This document shows, piece after piece, positions 1 through 14,157 of a DNA stretch of 64,000 bases; the stretch's first letter is position 1, and every line of letters begins with the position of its first letter. Where the stretch lies: the NCBI RefSeq assembly GCF_006345805.1, contig NC_043000.1:130634001-130698000 (forward strand). The letters are read 5' to 3'. Made by a program: the position numbers and the translations under genes. Origin of the DNA: Octopus sinensis (taxonomy: Eukaryota). The notes under the pieces were generated by a model that saw only the letters and a list, made by a program, of their open reading frames with translations, was not told the origin of the DNA and did not search any database.

Positions 1-24
1 GCACAAAGACAGACAAAATACATA

Positions 25-255
25 TTTCTTTACTACCCACAAGGGGCTACACACAAAGAGGATAAACAAGGACAGACAAACGGATTAAGTCGATTATATC
101 GACCACAGTTCGTAACTGGTACTTTATTTATCGACCCCGAAAGGATGAAAGGCAAAGTCGACCTCGGCGGAATTTGAACTCAGAACGAAACGGCAGACGA
201 AATACCGTTAAGGATTTTGCTCGGACTGCTAACAATTCTACCAGCGCGCCATCCT
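25..255 (-). mobile_element. tRNA-derived SINE (octopus OR-like family A)
   Basis: Minus strand has a tRNA-like head with B-box-like GAGTTCAAATTCC, followed by the same body as the copies at 39588-39827 and 45086-45510. Confidence 0.8.
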
Positions 256-1260
256 AATATGTGTGTGTGTATGTAAACACACACATGTATGTACGTATAT
301 ATATATACGCGCATAGAGAGAGAGAGAGAGAGAGGTAGACAGAGACAGATGCAAATATGTAGTATAATTTTTAAGCATGTGTACATGCGTGTGCTTTCTT
401 CCATAAGATCGCAATTTCATATTTCTAAGTGCATTAATGATATAATTTAACTTAGATAGTTACCACATAGTTGTTTCTCTTTTTTTTTCAGCAAATTCAG
501 CGTGCCGAGATAGTTATATACTGTGAGAAAAAGAAAATCATTATCCAAACGGATTAGGTATTAATAACATATGTTAAAAAATATAGTGAAATTGATAGAC
601 TTAATCATGATTAGTTACAAATATTTATACAAATTAGAAATTCGATAAACAGCAAATATTTGTCCCTTTTATTTATATATTTATTTTGTCTGTGTGTGTA
701 GTGCCATGCATTTAAGTAGTTACGTACATACCATTACTGATACATATAAATGTTTTCACAAGAATGCAATGTATGTGTTTAAGGGTGTGCTCATCTGGTA
801 TCATTCACAGTTCTGTATGTGTGTAAATGCATAAACGTGCGCATGCTCACACACAATCAGGCACACACAGAAACGAACATATATATATTCAATATGATAT
901 AATATGATAGATACATAGACAAGCACACAAAGAGAGACAAAGAAAAATAGATAGAAAGATAGATAGATAGATAGGTAGGAAGGAAGATAGATAGAGATTG
1001 ATAAATAGATAGATAGATGGATAGATACATAGACAGGTAGGTAGGTAGGTAGGTAGGTAGGTAGGTAGGTAGGTAGAAAGATAGTTAGATAGATAGATAG
1101 GTAGATAGATGATAGATAGATATGTACGTATATATGTATATACATGTATGCATACACACAAACATATGTGCATATGTGTACATATGAATATACATTCATA
1201 TGTGTAAATGTATGTATACGTCTATATACATTCACATATGTATGAATATATATATGCATA

Positions 1261-1308
<48 letters not shown>

Positions 1309-1326
1309 GTAGACACACACACACAC

Positions 1327-1386
<60 letters not shown>

Positions 1387-2327
1387 AATGCATATGCGTA
1401 GATATATTTGTAAATATATATACATATGTATATATATATGAGAGAGGGGAAGAGGAAAAGAGGATAGAGAAAGAGAGGCAGAGAGACAGACCGAAAGATT
1501 CATACGCAACCACTTTACTTTCTCAAAACTTGTATATCCATGCAAGAAAAGACACACCGCACGCACAACACTAAACACTCATAGGACCGAACACAACCCA
1601 CTACATACACCTATCTTTAGAAACATTTAAAAGCACACGCGCGCCCGCACTCACACATTCGCACATACATACATTTAACCATGAAATACAAACAATGCCG
1701 ACAACGGAATATTGCAAATAAATAAATATATAAATGCCAGCTACTCAATTTAAAATTTGACATTAAGTACGTGGAATTTAAGTTAATATTTGAATTGAGG
1801 AGGGAAAAAAAAAACAAGTAAATTAGTAAAATACCGAAAGCTTTGTCAATAAATACATGGAGACAGAAATCTTCGGCGCAATTTCTTTCCAAATGTTCAG
1901 GATCCCACAATTTGAAACTGCCAGTATTTTGCGAAGGTCTGTGAGACGCATTCGCAGGTATTGTATATAGATATCCGTACACAGATATACATACGCACGC
2001 ACACCCATACATACATATATGTATGTATAGGTATATACATACATATACGCATACACCATACATATATGTATATAGATATGCATACATACATATACATACA
2101 TATATATATATATTATATAACTATGTAAGTATGAGCATATCTGTATGTTTATGTATGTTGGCCTATAGGTTTACACACAGACAGACATACATATATATAA
2201 ATATATATATTCACACACATATATACATTTATATAAGTTTACAAACATATGTATGTATATATATATATATATATATATGCCTGACTGTGTGTAAATGTAT
2301 TGGTCATCATCATACATATACATATGT

Positions 2328-2358
<31 letters not shown>

Positions 2359-2540
2359 CATACATACACACATACATATATATATATATATATACATATG
2401 TGTGTAAACTTATATGAATATATATATATGTGTAAATATATATATTTATATATATATACACAGATATAAATATATATATATATGTATGTATATATAAATA
2501 CATATGTATATATTTATATATGTATATACATACATGCATG

Positions 2541-2571
<31 letters not shown>

Positions 2572-2630
2572 GAACCCACACCATCATGAAGCTGTATAAA
2601 CTTTCACACATACAATCTTATATATGTGTA
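256..2630. repeat. compound microsatellite block (TA, TG/CA, TACA, TAGA, TAGG, GA)
   Basis: Visible tandem repeats; the YI/HT/YLSI ORFs here are their translations. Confidence 0.9.
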
Positions 2631-2762
2631 TTCTTATATCTGCATGAATTTGCGTTTGCGTGGAATGTGCGAATATTTGAACTAGCTGTGTGCACAAATT
2701 TAGGAAACCGATGACTGTTGTTGTATTCTCTTTATGTTATATATTGCCTGTTTTCCAACCAG

Positions 2763-2803
2763 ACTCAACAACGCAAGTATCTAGAACCATCAGCTGTCAG
2801 ATT
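2763..2803 (+). CDS. candidate internal micro-exon of an unidentified host gene (TQQRKYLEPSAVR)
   Basis: Acceptor ttgcctgttttccaaccAG and donor GATT|GTAAGT; 41 nt, open in two frames. No homology recognised. Confidence 0.35.
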
Positions 2804-3397
2804 GTAAGTTAATATTTGTATTTTAAGTTTATAGCAATAACAGCAAACAGAATTATCGATCCCAATGAAATATAATGAGGTCTTTTGACGAGACTCAAGG
2901 CCAGTGGTGCCAGTATAGTCGAATAAATAGACCCCAACATATTTATTCTGTTTGAGTTGTCACAGGGCTAATTGTATAAGGATAACGTGCTGGAGATTTA
3001 TCAAGCCTATTGTATTACTAGCACTTATGTTATCGATTCCGAACGGATAGCTGACAGAAATGGCGCCGTCGGTTTTTGAAACCTCGGAATGAAAGGAGGA
3101 GACAATTAATACTGTAAAGCCTTTCCTGAAAATCTCTAACTTCGTCGATTAGTCCCTCTTCATAAATTGGTACTTCATTTTATTGAAGGCATGTGAATCG
3201 AAATTTAAGGGTGTTGTGCTCCCAATCCTGAAATCATGGGTTCGATTCTCGGACCGCGTGGCGCGTCATATCCTTGAGTAAAATATATTTCATGTTGATC
3301 TAGTTCCATCAGTTGATAAATTAGTATAACTTTTGTGCTTGGTACTGTTAGCTTTTTCCTTCTCTGTTTCTCTCTCTCTCTCTCTCTCTCTCTCCCC

Positions 3398-3429
<32 letters not shown>

Positions 3430-3445
3430 CTATCCATCTATCTAA

Positions 3446-4445
3446 CCCCTCTTGATTCATGCTTGATGCTCCGCTGGATCAATAGAGGGAGTTCCGAGTG
3501 ATTGCCAATTTCTGCTCACCACTACTTGGGAACTTTAAGAAATTTGCCAGTGGTGGTCGTCGTTTACAATAAGAGAAAAAAAGAGAGAATAAGAACAGTA
3601 CAGCCGAATAGTATTTGTATATACAGTCATGGATTTATGTGAATAGATCCATAACTCTATCCACATATTTATATAAAGAGATCTATGACTATACGCACAC
3701 AATTTTGCAAATGTGCAGGCAGTACTCTACTGTATGTCATACTTTAGTTTTATGAAAAAACAAATATCTCATTACCAGTGTATGCTTGTAAGCCAAGCTA
3801 AAGAAAACCATTTGTATTAAGGATCCAGTTTTTGCGATACGAAATAGATTCCGACGCTTAAAGAGATCATCACTTATCGACTGCCAATAGCATTTGTGAA
3901 GCATTTGATTATTTTAGTATTGTAGGAAATCTGTACTGATTGAGTGTTCGTGATGTTCTGTGGAATAAACTAAGATATCCTTTCTCATCGACAAAGTACT
4001 CCCATAGTTTTACTTCATAAAATCTGTCTTTGTTTGATGTGAATTGTTTAGATCGCGTGTGGATGGCTGCTGTGTGCGGTAGGTTAAGGAAGAACGAATG
4101 GCATTAACATGTAAATGTGAATATATCTAGTTAGAGATTATTATAAGTAAATTCATTAATATCCGAAGAGTGGTGGAGACATAACCGTACACTTGGCTAC
4201 CAGAGTTGAAGGTGTAAATGCCTGGTACTCTACATTCAAACAATATGACAAGAGATCAGAAATTGATATAGAGTTGTTAAGTCGAACGTTCGGATGACCT
4301 CTACTCAACGCTACTCTGCGCGACTACTCTCAGCTGTGCTCTAGTCTACCCTAACGTCTAGACTTCTCCCTCTCTATCTACGTATCGGGCTAGTCCACTT
4401 CATGGTGTGGGGGCGTCCACACAACAAGAATACAGATAACTTATG
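3446..4445 (-). mobile_element. possible decayed LTR-retrotransposon remnant
   Basis: Minus strand shows an LTR-like segment, then TGGTAGCCAAG (partial iMet PBS match), decayed reading frames, and a PPT-like AAGAGGGG at the far end. No second LTR found. Confidence 0.25.
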
Positions 4446-5340
4446 AGGTATTCGTTCCATAAGTAGTCATAGGCTTATCTATTGTCAAATGAAATTACCG
4501 TTTTCACTGAATTTCTCATAGAAAAACAACCATTGGTATGAGACACACGAGGACAAGCCTAGAATAGAGATAGCATTACAGTAAGCATAATGATGTTCAC
4601 ATACTTCAAAGGATGAAGAATTGTGCATCTCAGTTCCCATTTCCTTCCAAACAGTAGAAGTAAAAGAAAGGAGAAAATAGTTGAAAAGTATTGAGAAGTA
4701 GTATTTCTTTGGCGCACGTCTTGTTAATGGAATTGTGTCTTAATTTTATCCCATTGTGGAATGAAATAGACCCTGGTGATATGCGAACGTAGAATATAAA
4801 GATATTCAAATAAATACCTAATAAAGTTTTCAACCATTTTGCTGTTTCTGCTAATCTATTCACTTTCACTTCATAACCCAACAGCTAACGAGGTACTGTA
4901 AAAAGTCATAAAGAAAATTAAGTGCGTTCTGGAAGTTTAATCATTGAAAGTTCCATTTATTAAAAGTATTAAAGATTTAAATCTAAACTGAAAAAGTATC
5001 TAGCTGATTAATCTAAATTCAAAATATTCAAGAAATACTAAAATTTTCGTAACACGTAGAAAATAAATGAAAACCTGAGAAATATGAAATATTTTCATGC
5101 AGAACATTTGACGAATAGTCTTTCTGCAAAATATGAAAAGCATATTATATTAATCTAAACTAACTTCTATGATTAATTTTCTCAAAACCTTGCTTTCGTT
5201 AAGGAAAAAGAAGAATCAGCCAGTCGGAAAGTTAAGGCTATGCAGAAAATATATAACGAAAGTTACAATATCAATATTATGGGTGGTTTTTATGTTCTGA
5301 GATACATACATACATACATACATACACACATACATACATG

Positions 5341-6785
5341 GTTGTGAAAAGGGGAAAACTGTAAACCAAACTAGTAACATCTACATCAATGACTTGACTG
5401 TTTACCTTATATATGATGAGTAATGTTACTGGTATATAGGGGTGGATGAAAACATATCTTACAATGGCATCTGTAACAACACACGTGTCACTAAAAATTA
5501 TTACTGAATTCAATAAAACAGGGCATTCAGTAAAGCAGTGGCTCATAGTGTGTTTGCAGTGCCAATGCTCATACCAACATTTGGGCTGCTTGATTGGACG
5601 CTTGATGAAATCCAAGCCATTGATGTGAAAACCCGAAAAATACTAACAAGCACACATAATTTCCACATAAACAGTGACGTAGACCGCCTCTACCTGAAAC
5701 GAAAACAAGCCGGCAGAAGCTTAACATCGGTCCAAAATACCTTTGAATGTTGTATAATATCCCTTCGGCATCATCTTTTAACAACAATGGACATGTTAGT
5801 AGAAAGCCCCGAGATGTTAATAACATTGATCCTCAAAGCAGTTTATCATGGACCGATAAATAGCCGGATTACTACCTCCCACTTTGAAGGGTATGTGTTT
5901 ACAATCCAGGAACAGGAAACATCAACCAAATACCTGATGCTCAAAGAGGATAGATATGCAGGAAAAGCAATAAAATGTGACAACCGATGCATACTTTGTG
6001 AAATTAATACCGAAGATATCATCTACAGTATAAGCAGTTGTCTGAAAATGTCATCACGGTATTATCTACCGATGAGAGATGATATTGTAGCCAGGACACT
6101 CTATAATGAAATCCGTCGGAAGGATAACCGCGAGGACAAAGAATAAGAAATAAGTATGGTAGAAGCCATAGCCACACATAGTATAAAGGAGCACTGGTGG
6201 AATGTACCAGTGAAAATCTGAATAAAATTTAAGGACAACAGACCTGATACAGTAATTTGGGATAGAGAAGAAAAACTATGAACAGTTGTGGAAATTATCT
6301 GCCCAGCGAATGTTGGCATAAAGCTGAAGATCAGTGAAAAAGAGAATACCTATGCTGAACTATTGAGAAATCTGTAGTTACTCTATCCAAATTACAAGTT
6401 CAGGTTTATACCTGTAATTACTGTTTCCCTGGGATATGTAACGTACTGCCTAAATACCAATCATGAGAAATTAGACCTCTCAAGATCAGAAAGGAGAAAG
6501 ATAATTCGAAGATTACAAATCCAATCCATCAGTGGAAATGTAAAAATCTGTAAAACTTTGCAGAAGTTTATCATTCAAATATATATATGAGTATGTCTAG
6601 ATATGCAAGTATATACATGAGAATCCATACATAAAATAAAACATACAAATCTTCACACATACATACATGCATACAAAAATATACTGTTGCTGATGCTGAA
6701 ATTCTAATGAAGGAGCCCTGGATCTAGGTTAGAAACCGGCTCTTTCTTTATTGGCAAGAAATCCTGAAATAAAACTGAATAATGA
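5341..6785 (+). mobile_element. 5'-truncated R4/Dong-clade non-LTR retrotransposon (RT thumb, CCHC knuckle, restriction-like endonuclease)
   Basis: ORF 5538-6146 has FAVPMLIPTFG..WT..EI..IDVKTRK and DVDRLYLKRKQAGRSL, then a degenerate knuckle CILC..TEDII; a broken frame follows with WWNVPV..NRPD.VIWDREEK..VVEI.CP (PD..D/E RLE). Flanked on both sides by (TACA)n. Confidence 0.88.
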
Positions 6786-7310
<525 letters not shown>

Positions 7311-7781
7311 TGAGAGAGAAGAGAGAAAGCGATATTTGTAGTCACTTCAAAGTTCTGCCTGTGCTTGACATCTTCAGACTACGCTTGTCATTTGAACGTA
7401 CTGTTTACATTCGTTTGTGTTTCTGAGGGATGGGTTTGTTGTTACGTGCCCAATAAGAAGAGTTTGGGGAAATTATTTCCCCTGCTGCATCTTCTACATC
7501 TACTTCATTTATTCTTTCTTAACTTCTAACATTTTTATTTTCTTGTTCTTCTCACACTTTCTATAACCTCTACTCTTCTTTAATCTTTCCCCAAAAAAAC
7601 ATCCTTCTACTACGTATATATCTCTGATAACTAAAAGTAATAATTAATCAACCGATTTTATCTGGACCGAAATGGTGAAAGGCAAATTGACATCGGCAAT
7701 ATTTGAAGTCAAAACTAGTTTTAAATTTTAAAAGAATGTAAGTATTAATTCAATACATATTCATGCAGACACACACACACA

Positions 7782-7852
<71 letters not shown>

Positions 7853-8959
7853 TGGGAAGGTGATGAGGATTCAAGGATTTCTCTAAAATTTGCACATTTT
7901 CTAAATATATAAAATATTTTTTGTGTGCAATATCTTTTAAACAGATGAAGAAAATTAAAAAGCATTTATAATAATAATAAAATGAGCGATCACGGCAATT
8001 ACATCTTGTGGTCACTATCTCTGTCCTTTGTATCTGTTTTCTTTGAATTTGTACGACCTTATAACATGTTGTTTTCTCTAGGTCCATTCTTCCAACTACT
8101 TCTGTGATAAGAGAATACATTTTACTTCTCCCAAATCTTTCGACTACGGTGTCTGGTTATATTCAGCATATGATTGACAAATTATTTTAAAACTAATTCT
8201 TTTGGTTCGTTTATGATAATGTAATCACACTAAGAAAAGAACAAAAACATTTCTTTATACTGGAAAGGTAATTTTATCAGGAAAACATTACAATCGATTC
8301 AAACGATTCCAGTACATTATATTGGTGCGTATTTTATCGATCTTGAAGTGATCATAATCACACCATTCATTCTAGTGTGCATTTGAAATTCACTTTTGTC
8401 TAGAGTTGTGACGGTTCTGCAACAATATATGCCACTCAAGTGAAAATATATAATAATATACCGAGAGACATTGCAGAGGTGTGGAAAAGGGAAATCACAG
8501 GCAGATATTTCAATAAAATTGTTATGACATTGATGCTATAAAAATGAATACTCTCAGAACGATGATTTTTTTTTCCTGCGACAATCTAGCGATGATGTTT
8601 TCTATATTTAGCCATGAATCATTATTGAAGCTTGGGTTGCGTCAAAGATTTGTTCGAGATTGTAAACTAACCGAAATTATAATATCTTTTTCAAGTGCGT
8701 GAAGCATGTAAATAAGTTTGTCAGGAAATGTAAAGAAAATAACATACGAAATAAACCAAATCTATAAAGACAGTACGTATGGCAGAAGGAAAGATGAGCG
8801 ACACCATGTAGTGAGACTAGGTATAAAGTTGAACAATGAAGATATCATGCTCCGGGAGATCTCCGTAAGAGGCATTCCTGCAGGGGAAAATGTGAAGAAA
8901 AGAACTGAGTGGAAACTAAAAGAACAGACAACCTAAAGCTAAGACTAATTGAGGTATTC

Positions 8960-9330
8960 TTTCTTTTATTCCTTTATTTGTTTCAGTCATTTGACTGGGG
9001 CCATGCAGGAGCACCGCCTTTGGTCGAGCAAATCGACCCCAGGACTTATTATTTGTAAGACTAGTACTCATTCTATCGATTTCTCTTGCCGAGCCGCTAA
9101 GTTACTGGGACGTAAACACACCAGCATCGGTTGTCAAGCGATGTTGGGGTGGGGACAAATACAGACACACAAACATATATATATATATATATACGACGGG
9201 CTTCTTTCAGTTTCTGTCTACCAAATCAACTCACAAGGCTTTGGTCGGCTCGAGGCTCTAGTAGAAACACTTGCCCAATGTGCCACGTATTGGGACTGAA
9301 CCCAGAATCATGTGGTTGTAAGCAAGCTAC
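8960..9330 (-). mobile_element. tRNA-headed CORE-like SINE (family B)
   Basis: Same body as 18543-18962, 40012-40396 and 54503-54898. The family head carries a CORE-like GTGGCACCTTGGGCAAGTG motif and an internal (TA)(CA) microsatellite. Confidence 0.85.
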
Positions 9331-9633
9331 AACGGTTTTCACCAACACTGTATGGCTGGTTAACCTACAATAAAGAATATTTATTCACAAATGCAGGGTC
9401 GAATACTTAACACAGATGTGTATATATATATATATTATATATATATATATTATATATATATATATATAATATATATATATATCTCACGTGATCACATGAC
9501 CGACCAGTCCATCAGATGTAGTTACACATCGCTGGTCACAATGCGTTCGCATTGTTTTGGCCTTCGAATGACGCCACCCCGCTGGCTAAGCGAGCAGGCC
9601 AATATATATATATACCTGCGTGTGCAACTTATA

Positions 9634-10060
9634 TAGTACCATTATAAATAGGACTGAAAATATGACCCAATTGGTTTTCAAATCTTGTTGGACTCTCATC
9701 AGAAGCATCTACATCAATTCCAGGTACAATGAGAAGAAACGTAAATGCGATGAATATAGTTGAAAAGCAGTTCACGAAGATGAGTGGTTGACTGACTACA
9801 GTTGAAACGAAGAGGGTAAAATGTTTCTTCATACATGGAAATATTCTCTTATGCCCTGACGCAACAAAATCTGTGCGGAATTCATTTGCGATACAATTTT
9901 ATTCAAATCTTCAAATATTGCGAAGCAATCCCGTACATTTATCATCATTTCGAGTTACCAGAGGCAGTCGCTGAACTGGCTCTCTTCAAGTACAAAATGT
10001 CGTTTATGTCACGTGTTATAATGTGAAAAGGCGTAATGGACGGCTGAGATTAACACATTT
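9634..10060 (-). mobile_element. decayed Penelope-like element 3' end with hammerhead-like motif
   Basis: Minus strand reads CTGATGA-GAGTC-caacaa-GATTT-GAAA-accaattgg-GTC at 9702-9664. The upstream frames are only weakly GIY-YIG-like. Confidence 0.45.
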
Positions 10061-10149
10061 AATAAATTAGATTAGTTCTCGATGCGAGTGAAAATGACTT
10101 GTGAATGTGACCGATAAAATTTACTTGAGATGGAAATCGCAACAAAATC

Positions 10150-10640
10150 TGAGCTATATATGTGTGAGTGTGTACGTGCATGTGTGTGTGTATGTGAGTG
10201 TGTGTTTATACGTGTATGTGTGTCTATACGCATATGCGCACATACATACATAAATGCATAGACATACATATACACAAGGACGTACATAAACGTGTACGTG
10301 AGTATGAGTGTATGTATATATGAGAATAGCATTATACATACACATGCATATGTGCATGGACATGCTAACATAATACGTTCATACACACACAAGAACACAC
10401 ATACACACATATTTACATACATACACGCATATATGCGTGGATATGCTAACATACATACGTACATATACACACAAGAACACATACCTACACACACGTATTG
10501 ATATTCACACAAACATACATACATACACATACGCAAATACATACATACATACATGCATTCATGTGTCCGTATATACATACATACACATACGCAAATACAT
10601 ACATACATACATGCATTCATGTGTCCGTATGCTTTCAAGC
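10150..10640. repeat. degenerate CA/TA/TACA microsatellite
   Basis: Visible repeats, including a ~64-bp internal duplication at 10510-10635. Confidence 0.85.
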
Positions 10641-11589
10641 AATTCGAAAGAGAAGAGCCGCTAGAACAGTAGAGATCGATATAAATGTATAAAAAGATTA
10701 CATTGACAGAAAGTTACTTACTAAGGAAACTGCTTCGAGATTATCCTCTTGGGGCAGGATCAAGAATCTGATTTAATCATAGCAAATCAGAGACCTTTCA
10801 AAAACGTATTATTTAGCTCAACCAAGAACAATAACAAACAAACAAACAAACATACCAGAGCATATAAATGAAGTCAGTGACAGCAACGCTGGCAACGACA
10901 TTCTCCACGGCTACGACGACGAAGATGATGGTGACGATGACGACGACGACGACGACGATGACAGCGGTGACGTCATGCATAACACTGATAGACGTTTTGA
11001 TTTTACTAGTAAGTAGAATATAATCCGCTTTTATAACGCTGTAAAGATTGAGATTCATTCAGCTTTAAAAGCAGACACCATCATCGTCTTCTTTGATTGC
11101 CATATAACTAAATGCTGGTCGTTGCCAGTAATATTATTACCGACGTTTCATCTGTCGCTGCTGCGGCATCCGCCACCGACACCGCCATAGCCTAACAAGG
11201 CAGATTCTATGTGGACGCCCGGCTTGCTATAAATAGAAGTCAAATCTCCACCAAATCACACCCAGCTGTCTATAAAGAGATGAAGGACGTATCGGTTTAG
11301 GCTGTCTTAGATATATACTGTTTCAATAAAAGCAGGATTGTCACGACTGGAACACATCTGATCATATTAAAGTGGGGCTATCTATCAGTGACAATTGTCA
11401 AACACACTCCGCTGCACACACAGACACACACATACACACACACACATTAATATATACATACACACTCACTCGAAAAAAAAAACAGAAAATAAACATCCAA
11501 TATCACCAGCTGCACATCCCTCTCTAATTGGTTACTGAACATGTGATAAATAGCAATCACGTTTTTTTTTACCCTTTCCAACTAGTATT

Positions 11590-12059
11590 TGAAGAAGAAG
11601 AAGAAGAAGAAGAAGAACAAAAAGAAGAAGAAGAAGAAGAAGAAGAAGAAGGGGAGGACGATGAGGAGGGAAGGAGGTGGGAGAAGAGGAGGAGAAGGCG
11701 AGGAGGAGGAGGAGGTAGAAGAAGAAGAAGAAGAAGAAGAAGGGGAGGACGAGGAGGAGGAAGAAGAGGAGGTGGGAGGAGAGGAGGAGGAGGAGAGGAG
11801 GAAGAAGAAGAAGAAGAAGAAGAAGGGGAGGACGAGGACGAGGACGAGGGAGAAGAGGAGGTGGGAGAAGAGGAGGAGAAGGGGATGGGGAGAAGGAGGA
11901 GGAGGGGAAGAAGAAGAAGAAGAAGAGGGCGGGGTCGGAGAAGAGGAGGGAGAAGAGGAGGAGAAGGAGTGGAGGAGGAGGAAGAAGAAGAAGAAGAAGA
12001 AGAAGGGGAGGACGAGGAGGAGGGAGAAGAGGAGGAGAAGGAGAGGAGGAGGAGGAGAG

Positions 12060-12093
<34 letters not shown>

Positions 12094-12146
12094 GGGAGGA
12101 CGAGGAGGAGGGAGAAGAGGAGGAGAAGGAGAGGAGGAGGAAGAAG

Positions 12147-12177
<31 letters not shown>

Positions 12178-12267
12178 GGAAGAAGAAGAAGTGGAAGAAG
12201 AAGAAGTGGAAGAAGAAGAAGAAGAAGAAGAAGAAGAAGAAGAAGAAGAAGAAGAAGAAGAAGAAGG
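11590..12267 (+). repeat. ~680-bp polypurine (GAA)n/(GAG)n compound array
   Basis: Almost purine-only + strand; the poly-E/R/K/S ORFs are its translations. Confidence 0.95.
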
Positions 12268-12940
12268 AGTGCACATGTATCTGCGTGTGCATGTGTTTTT
12301 CACCTCATCACCACCGGCGTTGGTTTGCTTACGTCACCATAACTTAACCGTTCTACTAAAGCGAACGATAGAATGAATACCTTCGACTAAATTTGTGAAA
12401 GCGGTGCCGCAGCAGATTAAAACGAGCAAAAAAACAAAAGAAGTCAAAAGAAGAAAAGAAGAGGATGTATGTTTGATTAAGTTGTACGTACAGAAAAAAA
12501 AAAGAATAATCATTTGTCTTCTAAAGATCGAAAATGGCAATGCGTTCAACATCAACAAAGACAAGAGGAACTAATAACCTGGCAGAAGTAATATCCAGTT
12601 CTTATTCAACTCGTACTGTACTCTATTAAAAATGAAGGACAAATTGGATAACGATATTGTTGGATACATTGCGTCGGTAAAATGACAATATGATCACATT
12701 GTTTCTTATTTTTACGAGCTGTGCACGTGATTTGGTTTCATTCAGTTCTGCCGTTGTAATTGGCGCGATTGATGTTCCTCTTAAAACGAGTGCAAATCGA
12801 AGGCAGCAAGAAAAATATGTACACACAGGCTGTAAGAATGCATCATCAAACTGGATCGAGTCCACGCCGCTAGTTAACTCAAACAAGTCATTAAATAAAC
12901 TGAATAAAGCATTGGCAGGAAGATCTTACATTTTTACAAG

Positions 12941-13230
12941 CATAGGCGTAGGGGTGGCTGTGTGGTAAGTAGCTTGCTTACGAACCACATGGTTCCGGGT
13001 TCAGTCTCACTGCGTGGCACCTTGGGCAAGTGGCTTCTACTATAGCCTCGGGCTGACCAAATCCTTGAGTGGATTTGGTAGATGGAAACTGAAAGTAGTT
13101 GATTCGACTCGGAAAGGATGAAAAATAAAGTTACTTTGGACGGAATTCGAACATGGAACGTAAAGATCCGAAAGAAATGTCACGTAGCATTTTGTCCGAT
13201 GCTCTATTAATTCAGCCAGTTGCTGCCTAA
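12941..13230. mobile_element. family B SINE 5' half (+, 12941-13096) fused tail-to-tail with a family A SINE 5' half (-, ~13100-13230)
   Basis: A-box TGGCTGTGTGG, B-box GGTTCAGTC and CORE-like motif, then an abrupt switch to the reverse complement of a family A head. Confidence 0.75.
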
Positions 13231-14081
13231 AGTTCAACCAGCATTATTATTATTTCACTACTACTAATACTAATATTACTAAAATTCGTAACAACACTCT
13301 AATGGTGACTATGAAAATTGAATCTTACGAGGAGTGACGTTATCTTGGCTCAATCTATTTTCATTTTATTCACAACGCTTTGAAGATGTAATTGGGTTAC
13401 CTATTAAGAACTCCACTCTTTGGATCGAATAAGAAATGATTGATGCTGGAATATGTGGAGTTGTGTGAAATGATGCGACGGTGATGACACCAGAATAAAA
13501 ATAGTAAAAGAGGTTGGTGGACAGAGTTAAGTTAATGCTAAGAAGCGTATGAAAGAGAGAGGGAGAGAAATGAAGGGGTGGGGGAGAAAGTGACTATTAT
13601 AGAGATCCATAAACTGTGGAGAGAGGAATTCACATTTCGAATGTAAATTATGGAAGTTTTAAGATGAATAAAACGGGAAAAAGTTTATGAGAATCTAAGT
13701 GTGAGATGGAAAGTGAAGAATAAAATGAATGAAAAATGAAAGGTAGGGCGATAAGGATGTACATAAATATTTAAATGTTTGGAAGAGTGATAAGGATATT
13801 TTTATGTAGGTGTTTATTCATGTACATTCATATACATGTATGTATGTATGTATGTATGTATGTATGTATGTATGCATGTATGTGTTTGTGTACTATGTTT
13901 GTATGTATGTATACACAAACACACGCGTATAAACACACGTACACTTCTGGAAAGTATTGAAAATGCATTAGAAAGGGTAATATTAAAATCTGACTCATAA
14001 ATAATATTTGATCCACATTTTCTTTTACGCATTTCATTCATCTCGCTCTACGTTCATTTCTATGACCTTTTTGCCTCATAG

Positions 14082-14157
14082 CGGTGTTTCCCAGTTATAT
14101 GGACTTTCATTCGTAAAAGGAGACATCAAGTGGGCCATGGAATTGCAAAATCCACAG
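14082..14157 (+). CDS. candidate internal exon (GVSQLYGLSFVKGDIKWAMELQNPQ)
   Basis: Acceptor gacctttttgcctcatAG and donor CAG|GTATTT; 76 nt, phase-compatible with 2763-2803 and 33296-33337. Confidence 0.35.

Noticed and set aside
492-522. Splice-flanked 31-nt segment QIQRAEIVIY, similar to QIQRTEIV in the minus ORF 7761-8120
   Set aside because: Not phase-compatible with the preferred exon chain; a 7/8 residue match is expected by chance in six frames of 64 kb.
800-2611. Many 60-150 aa ORFs rich in YI, HT, CV, MYVC or YLSI (also near 7000, 10100, 22000, 32300, 43700-45900, 50200-51450, 53000-54400, 60600-61300)
   Set aside because: Translations of microsatellites, open in several frames and on both strands.
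6696-6748. Hammerhead-like CTAATGA...GAAACCGGCTC in the R4 3' UTR
   Set aside because: Core altered, no GUH in register, no stem I; better explained as an 8-bp AAGGAGCC/GGCTCTTT hairpin.
7761-8120. Minus ORF ending ..EIVTTRCNCR, reminiscent of a cystine-knot C-terminus
   Set aside because: Only a CxC motif, runs into microsatellite, no partner exons found.
11528-12376. 282-aa poly-E/R/G ORF and the similar ORFs at 27206-27899 and 38101-38540
   Set aside because: Trinucleotide arrays are stop-free by construction; no unique coding flank.
12730-12870. Cys-rich remnant (FCRCNW..CSS..CKSK..KICT) resembling transposon CXC domains
   Set aside because: Several stops and too short to assign.
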